Origin: Candidatus Thorarchaeota archaeon
GTDB taxonomy: Archaea > Asgardarchaeota > Thorarchaeia > Thorarchaeales > Thorarchaeaceae
Length of the DNA: 20,775 bases
Assembly (NCBI GenBank): GCA_016840855.1
Contig: JAEORO010000200.1
Span: 1-20,775 of the forward strand
Reading direction: 5' to 3'
Shown: in pieces, positions 1-9,491 of the stretch
Position numbering within the stretch: the stretch's first letter is position 1
Layout: each line of letters starts with the position of its first letter
Position numbers and translations under genes: made by a program
Notes under the pieces: generated by a model
Databases searched by the model: none
The model's input: only the letters and a program-made list of their open reading frames with translations
What the model was told of the DNA's origin: nothing

Positions 1-1572
1 GCAACCACGTTTCCAATGAGAGTTTCTCTTCAAGCATGTGAAAATGCAGTTGTGAATGACTGTTTCTTTGACACAGCAGTTCTACAAGTCAACTGGTGTC
101 CTAATATCACAATCATGAACAACATTTTTGATACTGGTGGGATTACAATTGGATCACATACAATCAATGACCCTCCTTTTAATTACACCATAACAGGTAA
201 TTTTGCTAACGGGAAACCTATCATTTACCTTGAAAGTACAACAGATACTATTATCCCGGCTGATAACTATGCTCAAGTCATATTGATGGACTGTAATGAT
301 ATTCTAGTGCGAAATGGAATCATGGAGAATGTCCCTTATGGCGTTCAAATCCTTCACTCAAATTCATGTTCTGTAGAGAATTTGAGGTCACAAGGAACCA
401 CTCAAGCTGTGATGGTATATTATTCAAACAATACTGAGGTGTCTGGATGCATTATTGACTCAGAGTTTGGTTTTTCAATTGCCATGTACTACTCCTATGA
501 TTGTCTTATTCGAGATAATGTTCTTTCAGGACATGAGTATGGGGGCGCAACTCTCGTGTATGTTGGAGCCTGTGAAGATACGGTTGTTGAAGGCAACAAC
601 ATTTCTAGTACCACGCACATTGGTATAGAGGTTTCAGGTTTTGACTGCATTATTCGAGAGAATAAATTTGATGATTGTTATACTAGTCTACGTGTTTCAG
701 GAGCAAGGTTACAGATCAATGAGAATACGATACTGAGAGCATCTGATGACCATATTAGTCCTCCAAATTCCTTCGGTATTCTAGCAGCTCCACTCTGGAA
801 CTCAAGTGTTTTTGGCAATGAAATTCTTGATGGTGACGATTGGGGAATACTCTATCTTGGAAATGGGACTCAGTTTGTTGAAAATAGGATTGCATATAAT
901 TCAGGCATAGGATTGGAGATATACGAAGGGTCCACAAACAACAGCATCTACGGAAATATCTTTGATCGAAATGTAGCTGGTAATGCAATTGACAACGGGT
1001 TCTTGAACTGCTGGGACAATAATGTAAGTTCAGGAAATCTATGGAGTGACTATGACTACGTTACAGGGGGACCATATAGCATCTCGGGTGTCGCAAGCAG
1101 TCAAGACAGGTATCCACTTGTTGATGATGTCGCCCCAGTCATTAGTCACCCAGCTGATATACACCTTGAACAGGGAGTTTTTGATGCAAATATATCTTGG
1201 GCAGTGAGTGATATCTTACCTAACCAATACTGGTTATATCAAAATGGTGAGGAGCTATATCATGGAACTTGGAGGTCTGGGACTCTTGATTTCACACTAC
1301 AAGTGGAAGATGAAGAAGTCTATAACATCACTCTTGTGTTATCCGATTTATACGGAAATCTCGTTTCTGATACTGTCTTCATACTAAGAGGAACGCCAAC
1401 TCCCACGACCTATCCTAGTACTATAGATCATGGTCTCATCTACATCCCCATGTTCATCATAATACCTGGTATTTTGGGGCTCATCTTGATTGCAGTTGTT
1501 ATGATAAGAAGAGAGATTCTGCAAAATCCCAATGATGATTATTTGAAGTGCGTGAATGAGCGAGCTAATTAA
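1..1572 (+). CDS. Membrane-anchored right-handed parallel beta-helix (NosD/CASH-like) surface protein, 5'-truncated by the window
   Basis: Frame is open from base 1 (GCA ACC ACG TTT CCA ATG), so the true start is probably upstream. Many NxIxxN-type beta-helix repeats, the NosD-type closing motif 'WDNNVSSGNLWSDY...QDRYPL', an Ig-like module (APVISHPAD...SDLYGN), a PTPTT linker and a C-terminal hydrophobic helix followed by RR. Confidence 0.85.
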   Translation, partial: ATTFPMRVSLQACENAVVNDCFFDTAVLQVNWCPNITIMNNIFDTGGITIGSHTINDPPFNYTITGNFANGKPIIYLESTTDTIIPADNYAQVILMDCNDILVRNGIMENVPYGVQILHSNSCSVENLRSQGTTQAVMVYYSNNTEVSGCIIDSEFGFSIAMYYSYDCLIRDNVLSGHEYGGATLVYVGACEDTVVEGNNISSTTHIGIEVSGFDCIIRENKFDDCYTSLRVSGARLQINENTILRASDDHISPPNSFGILAAPLWNSSVFGNEILDGDDWGILYLGNGTQFVENRIAYNSGIGLEIYEGSTNNSIYGNIFDRNVAGNAIDNGFLNCWDNNVSSGNLWSDYDYVTGGPYSISGVASSQDRYPLVDDVAPVISHPADIHLEQGVFDANISWAVSDILPNQYWLYQNGEELYHGTWRSGTLDFTLQVEDEEVYNITLVLSDLYGNLVSDTVFILRGTPTPTTYPSTIDHGLIYIPMFIIIPGILGLILIAVVMIRREILQNPNDDYLKCVNERAN

Positions 1573-1600
1573 GGCAACTACCTCCAAAACTGTGATAGCA

Positions 1601-2116
1601 ATGGGTCGACTTCGTCCTATGACATTTTTTGTAATCACAATTACATTCATACTTATTTTATCATCAGCACCATTCTCAGAAGCTGTAAATCCAACTATCT
1701 GGGCTTGGGGAATTGAAGGCGAACCTGAATTAGGTCAAGGCTTTGATGTCTGGGCAAATGTTACTGATGCTGATTTCGACCTAGCAAATGTCACAGTAGA
1801 AGTCGTTGGTCCCAACATGTCAATAAACAATCTTTTGACCTTTAATGGCACCTTCTATGTCGGTTCAGTTCCATCATTCCCAAACGATGGAGAATTCAGT
1901 GTGAGGATTAAAGCCTTTGACCTAGCTGGAGGTTCAAGAACCAGTGCTAGAATATACATCGATTTCGAGTCGAATCCTGTGATTCCAGTAGATCCTTTAT
2001 TGACTATGCCAATCGTTGTGTCTTCAAGCCTTGGTCTAATGGTTGTGGTAGTAGGTTTGGCTTGCATCTATGACAGAAAGAAAAGTCTTGGGGAAGGTGT
2101 CATCGCACAAGAATAA
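1601..2116 (+). CDS. Small secreted/membrane-anchored protein with one Ig-like beta-sandwich
   Basis: ORF track starts at 1556, overlapping the upstream gene. ATG 1601 follows GTGATAG and gives a clean signal peptide (MGRLRPMTFFVITITFILILSSAPFSEA). Beta-rich core ('VWANVTD...IKAFDLAG') and a C-terminal TM helix followed by DRKK. Confidence 0.75.
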   Translation: MGRLRPMTFFVITITFILILSSAPFSEAVNPTIWAWGIEGEPELGQGFDVWANVTDADFDLANVTVEVVGPNMSINNLLTFNGTFYVGSVPSFPNDGEFSVRIKAFDLAGGSRTSARIYIDFESNPVIPVDPLLTMPIVVSSSLGLMVVVVGLACIYDRKKSLGEGVIAQE

Positions 2117-2129
2117 GTACTAAGGACTA

Positions 2130-2151
2130 ATTATATCATATTTGATATAAT
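2130..2151. promoter_or_regulatory. Perfect 9-bp inverted repeat ATTATATCA-tatt-TGATATAAT
   Basis: Seen directly just after the stop at 2116. Could be an operator or a terminator-associated hairpin. Confidence 0.4.
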
Positions 2152-2268
2152 CGTGAGTTTTATATGCTCTCAATACTGGGTGAACATAACGCCATCACCA
2201 AACGTATTTTTCTGTGTTAGAATGTTTGATAAAATTCATACGTTTGATTTTTGCCATTCATCAAACAA

Positions 2269-2307
2269 TTTATAAGATGATGAGCCAATAATAGTGTGCA
2301 CTGGAGG
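2269..2307 (+). promoter_or_regulatory. Putative TATA box (TTTATAA, 2269-2275) and RBS (GGAGG, 2303-2307) of the ABC operon
   Basis: Archaeal TATA consensus ~45 nt upstream of ATG 2319; GGAGG 11 nt upstream of the ATG. Confidence 0.5.
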
Positions 2308-2318
2308 ATTCCTCATAG

Positions 2319-5105
2319 ATGTTTAGATATGCCGTCAAGCGAGTTGCTCGTAGCTATCGTCTATTCATTGCTTTGACTGTTGGTGTGCTTTTAGCTACCA
2401 CTTTCTTCGCAGCCACGAATGTAGCTGCTGATGTGCTTTCTAAGGACGCTCTTGATGCCAGTATTGAAGGATACCTCTATGATTTTTCGGTCGAGAGCGT
2501 GTCTTCAAACTGGACCCTAACGGACATCAATAATCTCGAAGATAATCTCCTCAACCTGACAGGAATAACAGCATCAACCCACTCATCTCAGTTCACTTTT
2601 GAGTTCAATAATACAGGTGTAAACATGACACTAGCAGGATTGGAGATGTTCTCTGATCTAACAACGGGACTTCAATTAATTTCTGGACGTCCTACACTTG
2701 GGCCAAATGAAACGTATATTGTTAGTGGATCTGCAAATGAATCACTCTTCGAGCTAGATCAGATTGTGGAAGTCGAAATACCTGTACTCCGAGGATTTTA
2801 TCCTCCAAGTTTCATTCACCGAAATCTGACTGTTGCAGGATATGTGTATATTCCAGGGGACACAAGAAACTCAATTTTTCAAACCTCAGTTGGCAGCTTC
2901 CTTGATGTTATTACAAGCGGTGACATTAGTGCACTAGGACTTCTTGGTAGAAGATCGTACAACCTATTGCTCACTGACTGGGAATTGACTGTAGAATCGA
3001 TGCTTGAGGAAGCTTCAGAGGTACCTACTCACACTAAGGTTGCTGTTCGAAATCTTATTCATCTTCAGATCGATCGATCGCGATACCTTGATCCTTACGA
3101 TATTGGTGCATCGATATCAAGAATTAATCAAATTGGAGATTTAATTGCTTCACGGTCAGACCCCTATAATGCTGATGTCATATCTAACCTCGAATCTCCT
3201 CTATCTATCTATCAATTCACACAGATAGGGATGAACTTTCAATTTGTTTCTATATCTCTTCCAATCTTCTTGCTTGCATACTTCACTGGAACCATGGTCA
3301 GTGATGTAGGATATAATTTCAGAAGGCGCGAGATTGGACTTTTGTTAACAAAAGGATATCAGAATCATACTATCAAAAGGATGTTTCTGGTTGAAGGTAT
3401 TCTAGTTGGTGGTATTGCTGGTGCATTTTCTATTTTCCTTGGAACTGCTGCAGCATATTTTGTGCTTGGCATCACTGATACTAATTTTCTCACTGTTGTC
3501 CTAAGTAATACAGTAGCTATAATCCTCGCAATAATCGTAGGTATGTTCCTAGGACTGTTTTCTGTGTGGAGACCAGCGGGACGTGCATCAAAACTTGAAA
3601 CGCTTGACGCTCTAAAACAATACATATTCGTTGAGGATGTATCAGAATACAAGCGGCTATTGCCTACCATATCTCTGATTCTTGGTACATACAAACTAAT
3701 TGTTTGGATTCTTGGCATCGAAATGAGTAGCTTACTTAGTTCAATAGGTTTCGGAAATTTCGTAATCGCATTGGTGCTTGCTGCGTGGCTTGTAGTCGAT
3801 TCAATTCTAAATACACTTGGGCCACTTCTCTTCCTCTATGGTGCAACCCGAGTATTCATGAAAGGATCTCTGAGGTTTCAAGAAGCAGTTGTAAGTGCAG
3901 GCAGGAGATTCTTTGGAGCATTTGGAAATCTGGCGACAAGAAATATCAAACGAAATCCTGCTAGGACTGCATCTCTTGTGTTCATTATTGCACTCATTGT
4001 GTCCTACGGAATTTTTGCTACTGGAAGTCTCTACTCGCAATATGACTTCATTGAACGAAATGCACGTTATACTGTGGGAGCAGATGTACGAGTCCAGCTT
4101 GATTCCGGAGCTAATATGACAGAAATGCTTGCAGCTATAGATACTTACAATGGGGTTGAAGCTGTAACCCCTGAATACCAGTTGGATCTAAGGGCTGGAT
4201 CCACTTCGATTGAAACTCGTGGAATTCGGCCTAATGAATGGCTTGAAGTAGGATACTGGGAATCTCAATGGTTCCTGGGTGACGTAAATGAAATGATTAA
4301 TGCCCTTGGTGATGATGGTATCATCATATCTCGAGATATAGCAAAAAGGCTTGAGCTGGATGTTGGGGATACAATATATGTGAATGGTCCCTTTGGATCA
4401 GGAACATTTGGGCTAAGAATTGTTGGTCTTCTCGGCTATGTCACATTGATTGAGATGACTGTCTTCGGATTAACAATCGCTACAGGTGGGGAGTATATAT
4501 CAATTGTATCAGAGATGTTCTTGAATGAAAGTATGCTCATTCACACATCAACAGCTAACGTGCTAGTTGATACAGCCCCTAATGTTAATGGCACTCTTCT
4601 TCAAGATCAATTTGTCAATGATCTCGAAGATGTGTACACAAGTTATTCCGTCACTTCTGAAATGGCAGATTATCAGTCAAGTCCACTTAGAAGCGGCTCT
4701 ACCAAGATACAATGGTTAGCCATCAGTTTTGCCATCATCCTCGCAATGGTGGGTACTGGTCTGGTGGTATTTCTTACCCTGAAGGAAAAGGACGTAGAAA
4801 TTGCACTACTGTCCGTTCGAGGTTTCAATAAGTGGCAGTTGTTCAAGACTCTTCTTGCGGAAGTAATGGTAACAATCCTTTTTGCGCTCCTGCTTGGAGT
4901 CTTTGTTGGAGTTGTAGAAAACCTTGGACAGGTTTCACAGTTGAATCAAAATGCAACTGGTCTTATTCGTTATCAGGTAACTCTAGGAGGAGCTGCGTTC
5001 TATACAAATCTCCTTCTCGTGGGAGTTGTATTATTGGCTGCAATAATTCCGGTCTGGCTCGCATCCAGACGACCAGAGTCCAAAGTCGATTTACTAAGAG
5101 CATAG
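2319..5105 (+). CDS. ABC transporter permease, FtsX/MacB (type VII) family, two fused FtsX repeats
   Basis: Two FtsX-type motifs ('RRREIGLLLTKG' and 'EKDVEIALLSVRG'), two large extracytoplasmic domains, multiple TM helices and a 'GADVRV' motif. Directly followed by the ATPase. Confidence 0.9.
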   Translation: MFRYAVKRVARSYRLFIALTVGVLLATTFFAATNVAADVLSKDALDASIEGYLYDFSVESVSSNWTLTDINNLEDNLLNLTGITASTHSSQFTFEFNNTGVNMTLAGLEMFSDLTTGLQLISGRPTLGPNETYIVSGSANESLFELDQIVEVEIPVLRGFYPPSFIHRNLTVAGYVYIPGDTRNSIFQTSVGSFLDVITSGDISALGLLGRRSYNLLLTDWELTVESMLEEASEVPTHTKVAVRNLIHLQIDRSRYLDPYDIGASISRINQIGDLIASRSDPYNADVISNLESPLSIYQFTQIGMNFQFVSISLPIFLLAYFTGTMVSDVGYNFRRREIGLLLTKGYQNHTIKRMFLVEGILVGGIAGAFSIFLGTAAAYFVLGITDTNFLTVVLSNTVAIILAIIVGMFLGLFSVWRPAGRASKLETLDALKQYIFVEDVSEYKRLLPTISLILGTYKLIVWILGIEMSSLLSSIGFGNFVIALVLAAWLVVDSILNTLGPLLFLYGATRVFMKGSLRFQEAVVSAGRRFFGAFGNLATRNIKRNPARTASLVFIIALIVSYGIFATGSLYSQYDFIERNARYTVGADVRVQLDSGANMTEMLAAIDTYNGVEAVTPEYQLDLRAGSTSIETRGIRPNEWLEVGYWESQWFLGDVNEMINALGDDGIIISRDIAKRLELDVGDTIYVNGPFGSGTFGLRIVGLLGYVTLIEMTVFGLTIATGGEYISIVSEMFLNESMLIHTSTANVLVDTAPNVNGTLLQDQFVNDLEDVYTSYSVTSEMADYQSSPLRSGSTKIQWLAISFAIILAMVGTGLVVFLTLKEKDVEIALLSVRGFNKWQLFKTLLAEVMVTILFALLLGVFVGVVENLGQVSQLNQNATGLIRYQVTLGGAAFYTNLLLVGVVLLAAIIPVWLASRRPESKVDLLRA

Positions 5106-5111
5106 GTGATT

Positions 5112-6005
5112 ATGATGAGTAATAAAGCGTATATTCAGACCGATGACCTTGTGAAGGTTTATCGTTTAGGAAATGTGGAGGTCCAAGCTCTCCGAGGTCT
5201 CTCGATGCAGGTGCACCAAGGAGAGATGGTAGCTATAGTTGGAGCAAGTGGGTCAGGAAAGACTACATTGCTCAATATCTTGGGTGGAATCACAAGAGCG
5301 ACTGCTGGCAATACTGTCGTAGCTGGCTACGATGTGACAAATGCAAGTGCAGTACAACTTGTTGCACTTCGCCGCGAGATTGTTGGGCATATCTTTCAAG
5401 AACTCAACCTCATTCCTACATTGACCGCTTATGAGAATGTCGAGTTGCCTATGCTTGCAGCCAAAGTGGATGGAGGTAGAAGAAAAGCAAGAGTTGAGGA
5501 ATTGCTTTCTATTGTTGGACTTGAAGACCGTATGAAGCACAAACCAGATGAATTGTCAGGCGGTGAACGTCAACGAGTAGCCATTGCCGCTGCTATTGCC
5601 AATGATCCGAAGGTCTTACTATGTGATGAGCCAACTGGTGATCTTGATACGGAGACTGGAAGCATTATTGTTGAGTACCTACATAAAGTCAACAAAGAGT
5701 ATGGAAAGACAGTGATCATGGTCACTCACGACCCTTCTGTAGCAAGACAATGTGATCGGATCTATAGAATTCGGGATGGTCAAATCATCTCGGTTCAATC
5801 ACCAACAGCTGATAGCGAGTCAGAAGCAGTTTCACGAGTCGATGTAATTCGCGAAAGACTGACAGAAATAAAGGCAGAGATAGATCGTCTTGATGAACAA
5901 GTCAAAACTGGAACAATAGATCTTGGAGTCTTTGCTGGACGAAGGACGGCTTTAACAGACCGAAAGAAAATGTTCGAGGAAGAATTACATAGGTTAGGTC
6001 TATAG
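5112..6005 (+). CDS. ABC transporter ATP-binding protein, LolD/MacB-like, with C-terminal helical extension
   Basis: Walker A GASGSGKT, Q-loop IFQ, signature LSGGE, Walker B LLCDEPTG, H-loop VTHD. GGTGA RBS at 5105-5109 favours ATG 5112 or 5115 over GTG 5106. Confidence 0.95.
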   Translation: MMSNKAYIQTDDLVKVYRLGNVEVQALRGLSMQVHQGEMVAIVGASGSGKTTLLNILGGITRATAGNTVVAGYDVTNASAVQLVALRREIVGHIFQELNLIPTLTAYENVELPMLAAKVDGGRRKARVEELLSIVGLEDRMKHKPDELSGGERQRVAIAAAIANDPKVLLCDEPTGDLDTETGSIIVEYLHKVNKEYGKTVIMVTHDPSVARQCDRIYRIRDGQIISVQSPTADSESEAVSRVDVIRERLTEIKAEIDRLDEQVKTGTIDLGVFAGRRTALTDRKKMFEEELHRLGL

Positions 6006-6070
6006 TTCCTGTATCACTGTCTCGATATGTTTTTGTCATGCACTGGGTTCTCCCAAAGCCGGTGTTCCCA

Positions 6071-6946
6071 GTGTGTCTACCAGTAATTGCTGTTCATGGC
6101 GGAGCTACAGTCTTTGAGAAAAAGTACCACCCAACTATTCTAGATGTAGTCAAAAAAGCTGCAAAGATGAGTATGTACGCTTTAGAACAAGGAGGATCAG
6201 CTCTTGATGCAGTAGAAACAGCAATTTGGATCTTAGAAGAAACTAGTCTCTTTACAGCAGGACTTGGAGCTAGCAAGAATCGTGATGGTGAAATCGAGCT
6301 CGACGCAATGATTATGGATGGTAACCGATTACAGAGTGGAGCTGTAATGGCAGTCCAGAATATTGCCCATCCAATATCACTTGCTAGATATGTTCTAGAA
6401 AGAACTTCGAATTCACAGATTGTAGGTACAGGAGCAAACAAGCTATACGAACAGATGTTAGCTGAAGGATACCGGAATGAGACCTCCTATCATAGAACTG
6501 AGCGACCAATTATTACTCAGGGCTGCGATACTGTTGGCGCAATTGTTGTAGATAAAAATGGACTGATCGTTTCTGGCTCTTCTACTAGTGGCTGGCCGGG
6601 AAAGCTACCAGGGAGGGTAGGGGATTCTCCCATCGTTGGTGCAGGCGTCTATGCAAATGATATTGCTGGTGCAAGTTGTACTGGAAAAGGAGAACAAATT
6701 CTGAGGATAACTATGGGTAGAATGTCTGTCTTCCATGTTGAACAAGGTCTATCAGTGCAGGAATCAGCAGAAACTGTGATGGCTGAGTTACGCCAAAAAA
6801 CCAGCGGCGAGGCTGGTCTAATTTTGGTCGACAGACTTGGTAACGTGGCAATTCAATATGACACACCACATATGCCAGTTGCACTAATCTCGAAGGATAT
6901 GAAAGATATCTACTGCTCAATGACTCCCAAATGGCCAGTTGGTTGA
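6071..6946 (+). CDS. iaaA: Isoaspartyl peptidase / plant-type L-asparaginase (Ntn-hydrolase)
   Basis: HGGA motif near N-terminus, 'ELDAMIMDG', autocleavage site D/TVGA, 'STSG..GKLPGRVGDSP', 'CTGKGE'. GTG 6071 after GGTG chosen over ATG 6038; start uncertain. Confidence 0.9.
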   Translation: MCLPVIAVHGGATVFEKKYHPTILDVVKKAAKMSMYALEQGGSALDAVETAIWILEETSLFTAGLGASKNRDGEIELDAMIMDGNRLQSGAVMAVQNIAHPISLARYVLERTSNSQIVGTGANKLYEQMLAEGYRNETSYHRTERPIITQGCDTVGAIVVDKNGLIVSGSSTSGWPGKLPGRVGDSPIVGAGVYANDIAGASCTGKGEQILRITMGRMSVFHVEQGLSVQESAETVMAELRQKTSGEAGLILVDRLGNVAIQYDTPHMPVALISKDMKDIYCSMTPKWPVG

Positions 6947-6949
6947 AAC

Positions 6950-8146
6950 CTAGTCCAGTAGTCGTTTTTCACCTGTAATCTTCAATATTTCAGTAACATC
7001 CTGACTTACTTCCAAGCAACCGAGGTATTTTTGTTTACTATCTCTGACTGCAAAGTAGCGAATGTGTATTGTCTTTCCTCCGAGGTTAATCCAAAACTCC
7101 GCAGAGTCCCGGGTTCCATCTCGGAAATCGCTTAAGATCTTCTCAACAATGTGCACACTCTTCTTTGGATGACATAACTGAACACTCCTACCAATCACTC
7201 CTCGCGACCGGACAAAGATTCTGTCAGGTGACTCGCTGAAGAATTGAACACGATCTTGAGCATCTACAAATGTCAGGTCGATTGGTAGGTGATTGAAGAT
7301 TGTTTCCAACATATCAACAGAAAGTTTTCCACTTCCAAACACTACTTCCCGCGCTTCTGATACAGTTGGTTCTTCTGTTTCAATGAATACCCCCTTACGA
7401 ATAGCTTTGATTGAATAGCTACAATAACCAATATCATTGAAATCCTGTGCAACAAGGTCCCACTCATGATCACCGAACAACCTTAGGGATGCAGGAAAGA
7501 GGATATTGTTCTCTTTATTGAAATGGCTAGCAAGCATATTGGAAAGTCTTGCAGAAACCTCGTTTAAATTCTCTAGATTTGCAATTATCCTCTCGTTCGA
7601 TTCAGATCTATGCTCAAACAAGATCTTTTCTATTTCATGAATTTCCTGGTGTTCACTCCACATTGCTGCTGGTGGTCCGGTGAGACCATGTTTCTCTAGA
7701 ACAGGAAACAGCGCATTTTCTTCACGTAGATAATGGGTTTCAGATTCTGCAAAAAATCCGAGTAATTGCCTTATCCGATCTATAAACACCGCTTCCGATT
7801 CTCTCTCTCCTTTCTTCAATGTCTTCGTCAGGGTATGTAGTTCGTTCGCATATTCCATGAGGAGCGAATGTTCTGCCATCAAGGTGTGAATAGGATGACC
7901 TCTTGGAGCAATCGGGTTTTGACTTTGGACTGTTTCTCTGAAGACTTCAAGACTCATATCGAAAAGAACCTCAAAATCAGTATCAGATATACCGTCCTGA
8001 ATCAGCTCGCCCCTTACAAGCATCATCTCTGCTGGATTCACAACGCCTAATGACTTCATGAATTGATTCTTGAGATCTGTAAGATTCTCACCAGAACTGA
8101 TCTTATTAGCTATCTCTTTCAGAATGCTCTTCCTATCACTCGCCAT
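6950..8146 (-). CDS. DUF438 / hemerythrin-like (HHE) / PAS_10 domain protein
   Basis: 'GHPIHTLMAEH', 'HYLREENALFP', 'MWSEHQEI', 'HFNKENNILFP' hemerythrin-like ligands. C-terminal PAS_10 region 'LPIDLTFVD...CHPKKS...EFWI...YLGCLEVSQD'. Confidence 0.9.
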   Translation of the reverse strand: MASDRKSILKEIANKISSGENLTDLKNQFMKSLGVVNPAEMMLVRGELIQDGISDTDFEVLFDMSLEVFRETVQSQNPIAPRGHPIHTLMAEHSLLMEYANELHTLTKTLKKGERESEAVFIDRIRQLLGFFAESETHYLREENALFPVLEKHGLTGPPAAMWSEHQEIHEIEKILFEHRSESNERIIANLENLNEVSARLSNMLASHFNKENNILFPASLRLFGDHEWDLVAQDFNDIGYCSYSIKAIRKGVFIETEEPTVSEAREVVFGSGKLSVDMLETIFNHLPIDLTFVDAQDRVQFFSESPDRIFVRSRGVIGRSVQLCHPKKSVHIVEKILSDFRDGTRDSAEFWINLGGKTIHIRYFAVRDSKQKYLGCLEVSQDVTEILKITGEKRLLD

Positions 8147-8205
8147 GAAATCGCCTACATATATTATGATACCGTCTTGATATTTCCTTTTACCCCGACT
8201 TCAAA
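8142..8205. repeat. Copy A of a 64-bp imperfect direct repeat (copy B at 10214-10277)
   Basis: Manual ungapped alignment gives 54/64 identity, including the identical core CTTGATATTTCCTTTTACCCCGA. Confidence 0.9.
8164..8205 (-). pseudogene. Relic 3' end of a second copy of the Fe-S protein gene
   Basis: Translates FEVGVKGNIKTVS*, versus FEIGVKGNIKAVS* at the end of the intact 10236-10979 gene. Confidence 0.8.
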
Positions 8206-8210
8206 ACCTG

Positions 8211-8354
8211 TCAATGACCAATGTGCATTAATCTTCCAAGGGAATACTCACCTGCTTCACTTACCTGTGCTTTTGGACTCCTGTCAGGAATCCATCTAGT
8301 CATGTACATCTTCTTGCCATTATGCCTTGTATATTATCCGTCTTCTTTCTTCAT
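8211..8354 (-). pseudogene. Probable 5' relic of an alpha/beta-hydrolase (lysophospholipase/monoacylglycerol lipase-like) gene
   Basis: Translates MKKEDG*YTRHNGKKMYMTRWIPDRSPKAQVSEAGEYSLGRLMHIGH*, resembling the family's typical N-terminus (G.kl....W.P...PKA.v...HG.geh.gR). In-frame TAA at codon 7; TTTATA box 21 nt upstream (8376-8381). Recognised by eye only. Confidence 0.5.
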
Positions 8355-8430
8355 CGTCTGCACAAGTTGACAATGTATAAAGTCCACATTCTACGCTAAC
8401 GGAATTCGGTTTTATTGTTTCAGGCAACAC

Positions 8431-8465
8431 AAAAAAAGAGTAACCAGGAACGCAATGTTCCTGGT
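8431..8465 (-). terminator. Hairpin plus T7 tract terminator of the 331-aa gene
   Basis: Minus strand: ACCAGGAAC-attgc-GTTCCTGGT (9-bp perfect stem), 7 nt after the TGA, followed by tactc-TTTTTTT. Confidence 0.7.
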
Positions 8466-8472
8466 GCATCAT

Positions 8473-9468
8473 TCATAGTGGTAGAGTCGAGCCTTCAGGT
8501 AGGAGCCAGAAGTATGAAACAAGCCCAAAGCCATATGCTGGAATGTATGAATACAACTTATGCAGACCATAGCCAATGAGCTCCACTAGCTCACCTGGTT
8601 TGAATAGTGCAACTTCCTGGATTTTGGCATACCAGATGACTTCACCGCCATCCGTCATTACCTGCATAGGTACATCGATTACTTCTGTAATCTCTGATAG
8701 AGGAATGTCATCAATATAGTGCTCATAGTAGTAGTAGCTATACAACCAAGCAGCAAAATCATAATCAAATGTCCCTGGCAATAGCCAAGTTTGCCCTCCA
8801 ATGGCGAGTGGGTCATCTGCACAAAACCGTGCTCCAGGCAGAGTATATGGTGTGATCTCACCAGTCCACCAATTAATGAATCCCTCCCGGGTTGTTAAAA
8901 TTGAACCAACCAATTGAGTAACTTCGCCTCTATTGAATGCAGCATTCTCATCTGCTTGTAGTTTAGCAGTTCCTGCATTATTCACATAGCTATTCAATGT
9001 CCCATATGATACACCACTTGATTCCAATGAAGGCACTACTATTAATACCTCATCACAATCAACAAACAGTTCGAATTCAACTCCACCGGGGGCTACATCA
9101 TAGCCTATAATATAGATTGAGTGAAGTCCTGTTTCTGGAACGTAGAAATAACCCTCCTCCGAAATGTTGGGATCTTCATAAGCGAGTGGGGCTCTTCCGC
9201 CATACCATATGTATTCAAACGTAGGTCCTATTACACAGACATCTAAATCATTGTACGGATCAGGTATTGTCACTTTGACATAAACTTGATCGCCTTCGTT
9301 GAAATTATACGAAACGGGATTCAGAAGGTCGTCTTGAAAGATTATTCCTATCGTTGTATCAGGGAACCCAGGTAACGAGGCTACTGCTGAAGGCAGCAAT
9401 GTTAGTCCTAAGCAGACAAACAAGGCCGCAGAAATTCGTAGCAATTGCCCTTTTGTTCTAATTATCAT
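8473..9468 (-). CDS. Secreted hypothetical protein (signal peptide, beta-rich N-terminal domain)
   Basis: 331-aa ORF with signal peptide (MIIRTKGQLLRISAALFVCLGLTLLPSAVAS), RBS GGAGTGA upstream and its own terminator. No catalytic motif recognised. Confidence 0.75.
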   Translation of the reverse strand: MIIRTKGQLLRISAALFVCLGLTLLPSAVASLPGFPDTTIGIIFQDDLLNPVSYNFNEGDQVYVKVTIPDPYNDLDVCVIGPTFEYIWYGGRAPLAYEDPNISEEGYFYVPETGLHSIYIIGYDVAPGGVEFELFVDCDEVLIVVPSLESSGVSYGTLNSYVNNAGTAKLQADENAAFNRGEVTQLVGSILTTREGFINWWTGEITPYTLPGARFCADDPLAIGGQTWLLPGTFDYDFAAWLYSYYYYEHYIDDIPLSEITEVIDVPMQVMTDGGEVIWYAKIQEVALFKPGELVELIGYGLHKLYSYIPAYGFGLVSYFWLLPEGSTLPL

Positions 9469-9491
9469 TGCATCCTATCACTCCTTTCGTT

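Noticed and set aside
755-8050. Short antisense or alternate-frame ORFs overlapping the beta-helix, permease, ATPase, asparaginase and DUF438 genes
   Set aside because: Overlap well-supported genes and show no motifs.
8063-8299. 78-aa plus-strand ORF
   Set aside because: Antisense to the DUF438 start and the pseudogene relics; no recognisable features.
8320-8475. Selenocysteine-type readthrough of the 331-aa gene's TGA (hairpin just downstream, ~50 further open codons)
   Set aside because: The hairpin is followed by a T7 tract, as expected for a terminator. There is no redox motif context or recognisable SECIS, and the extension overlaps the hydrolase relic.
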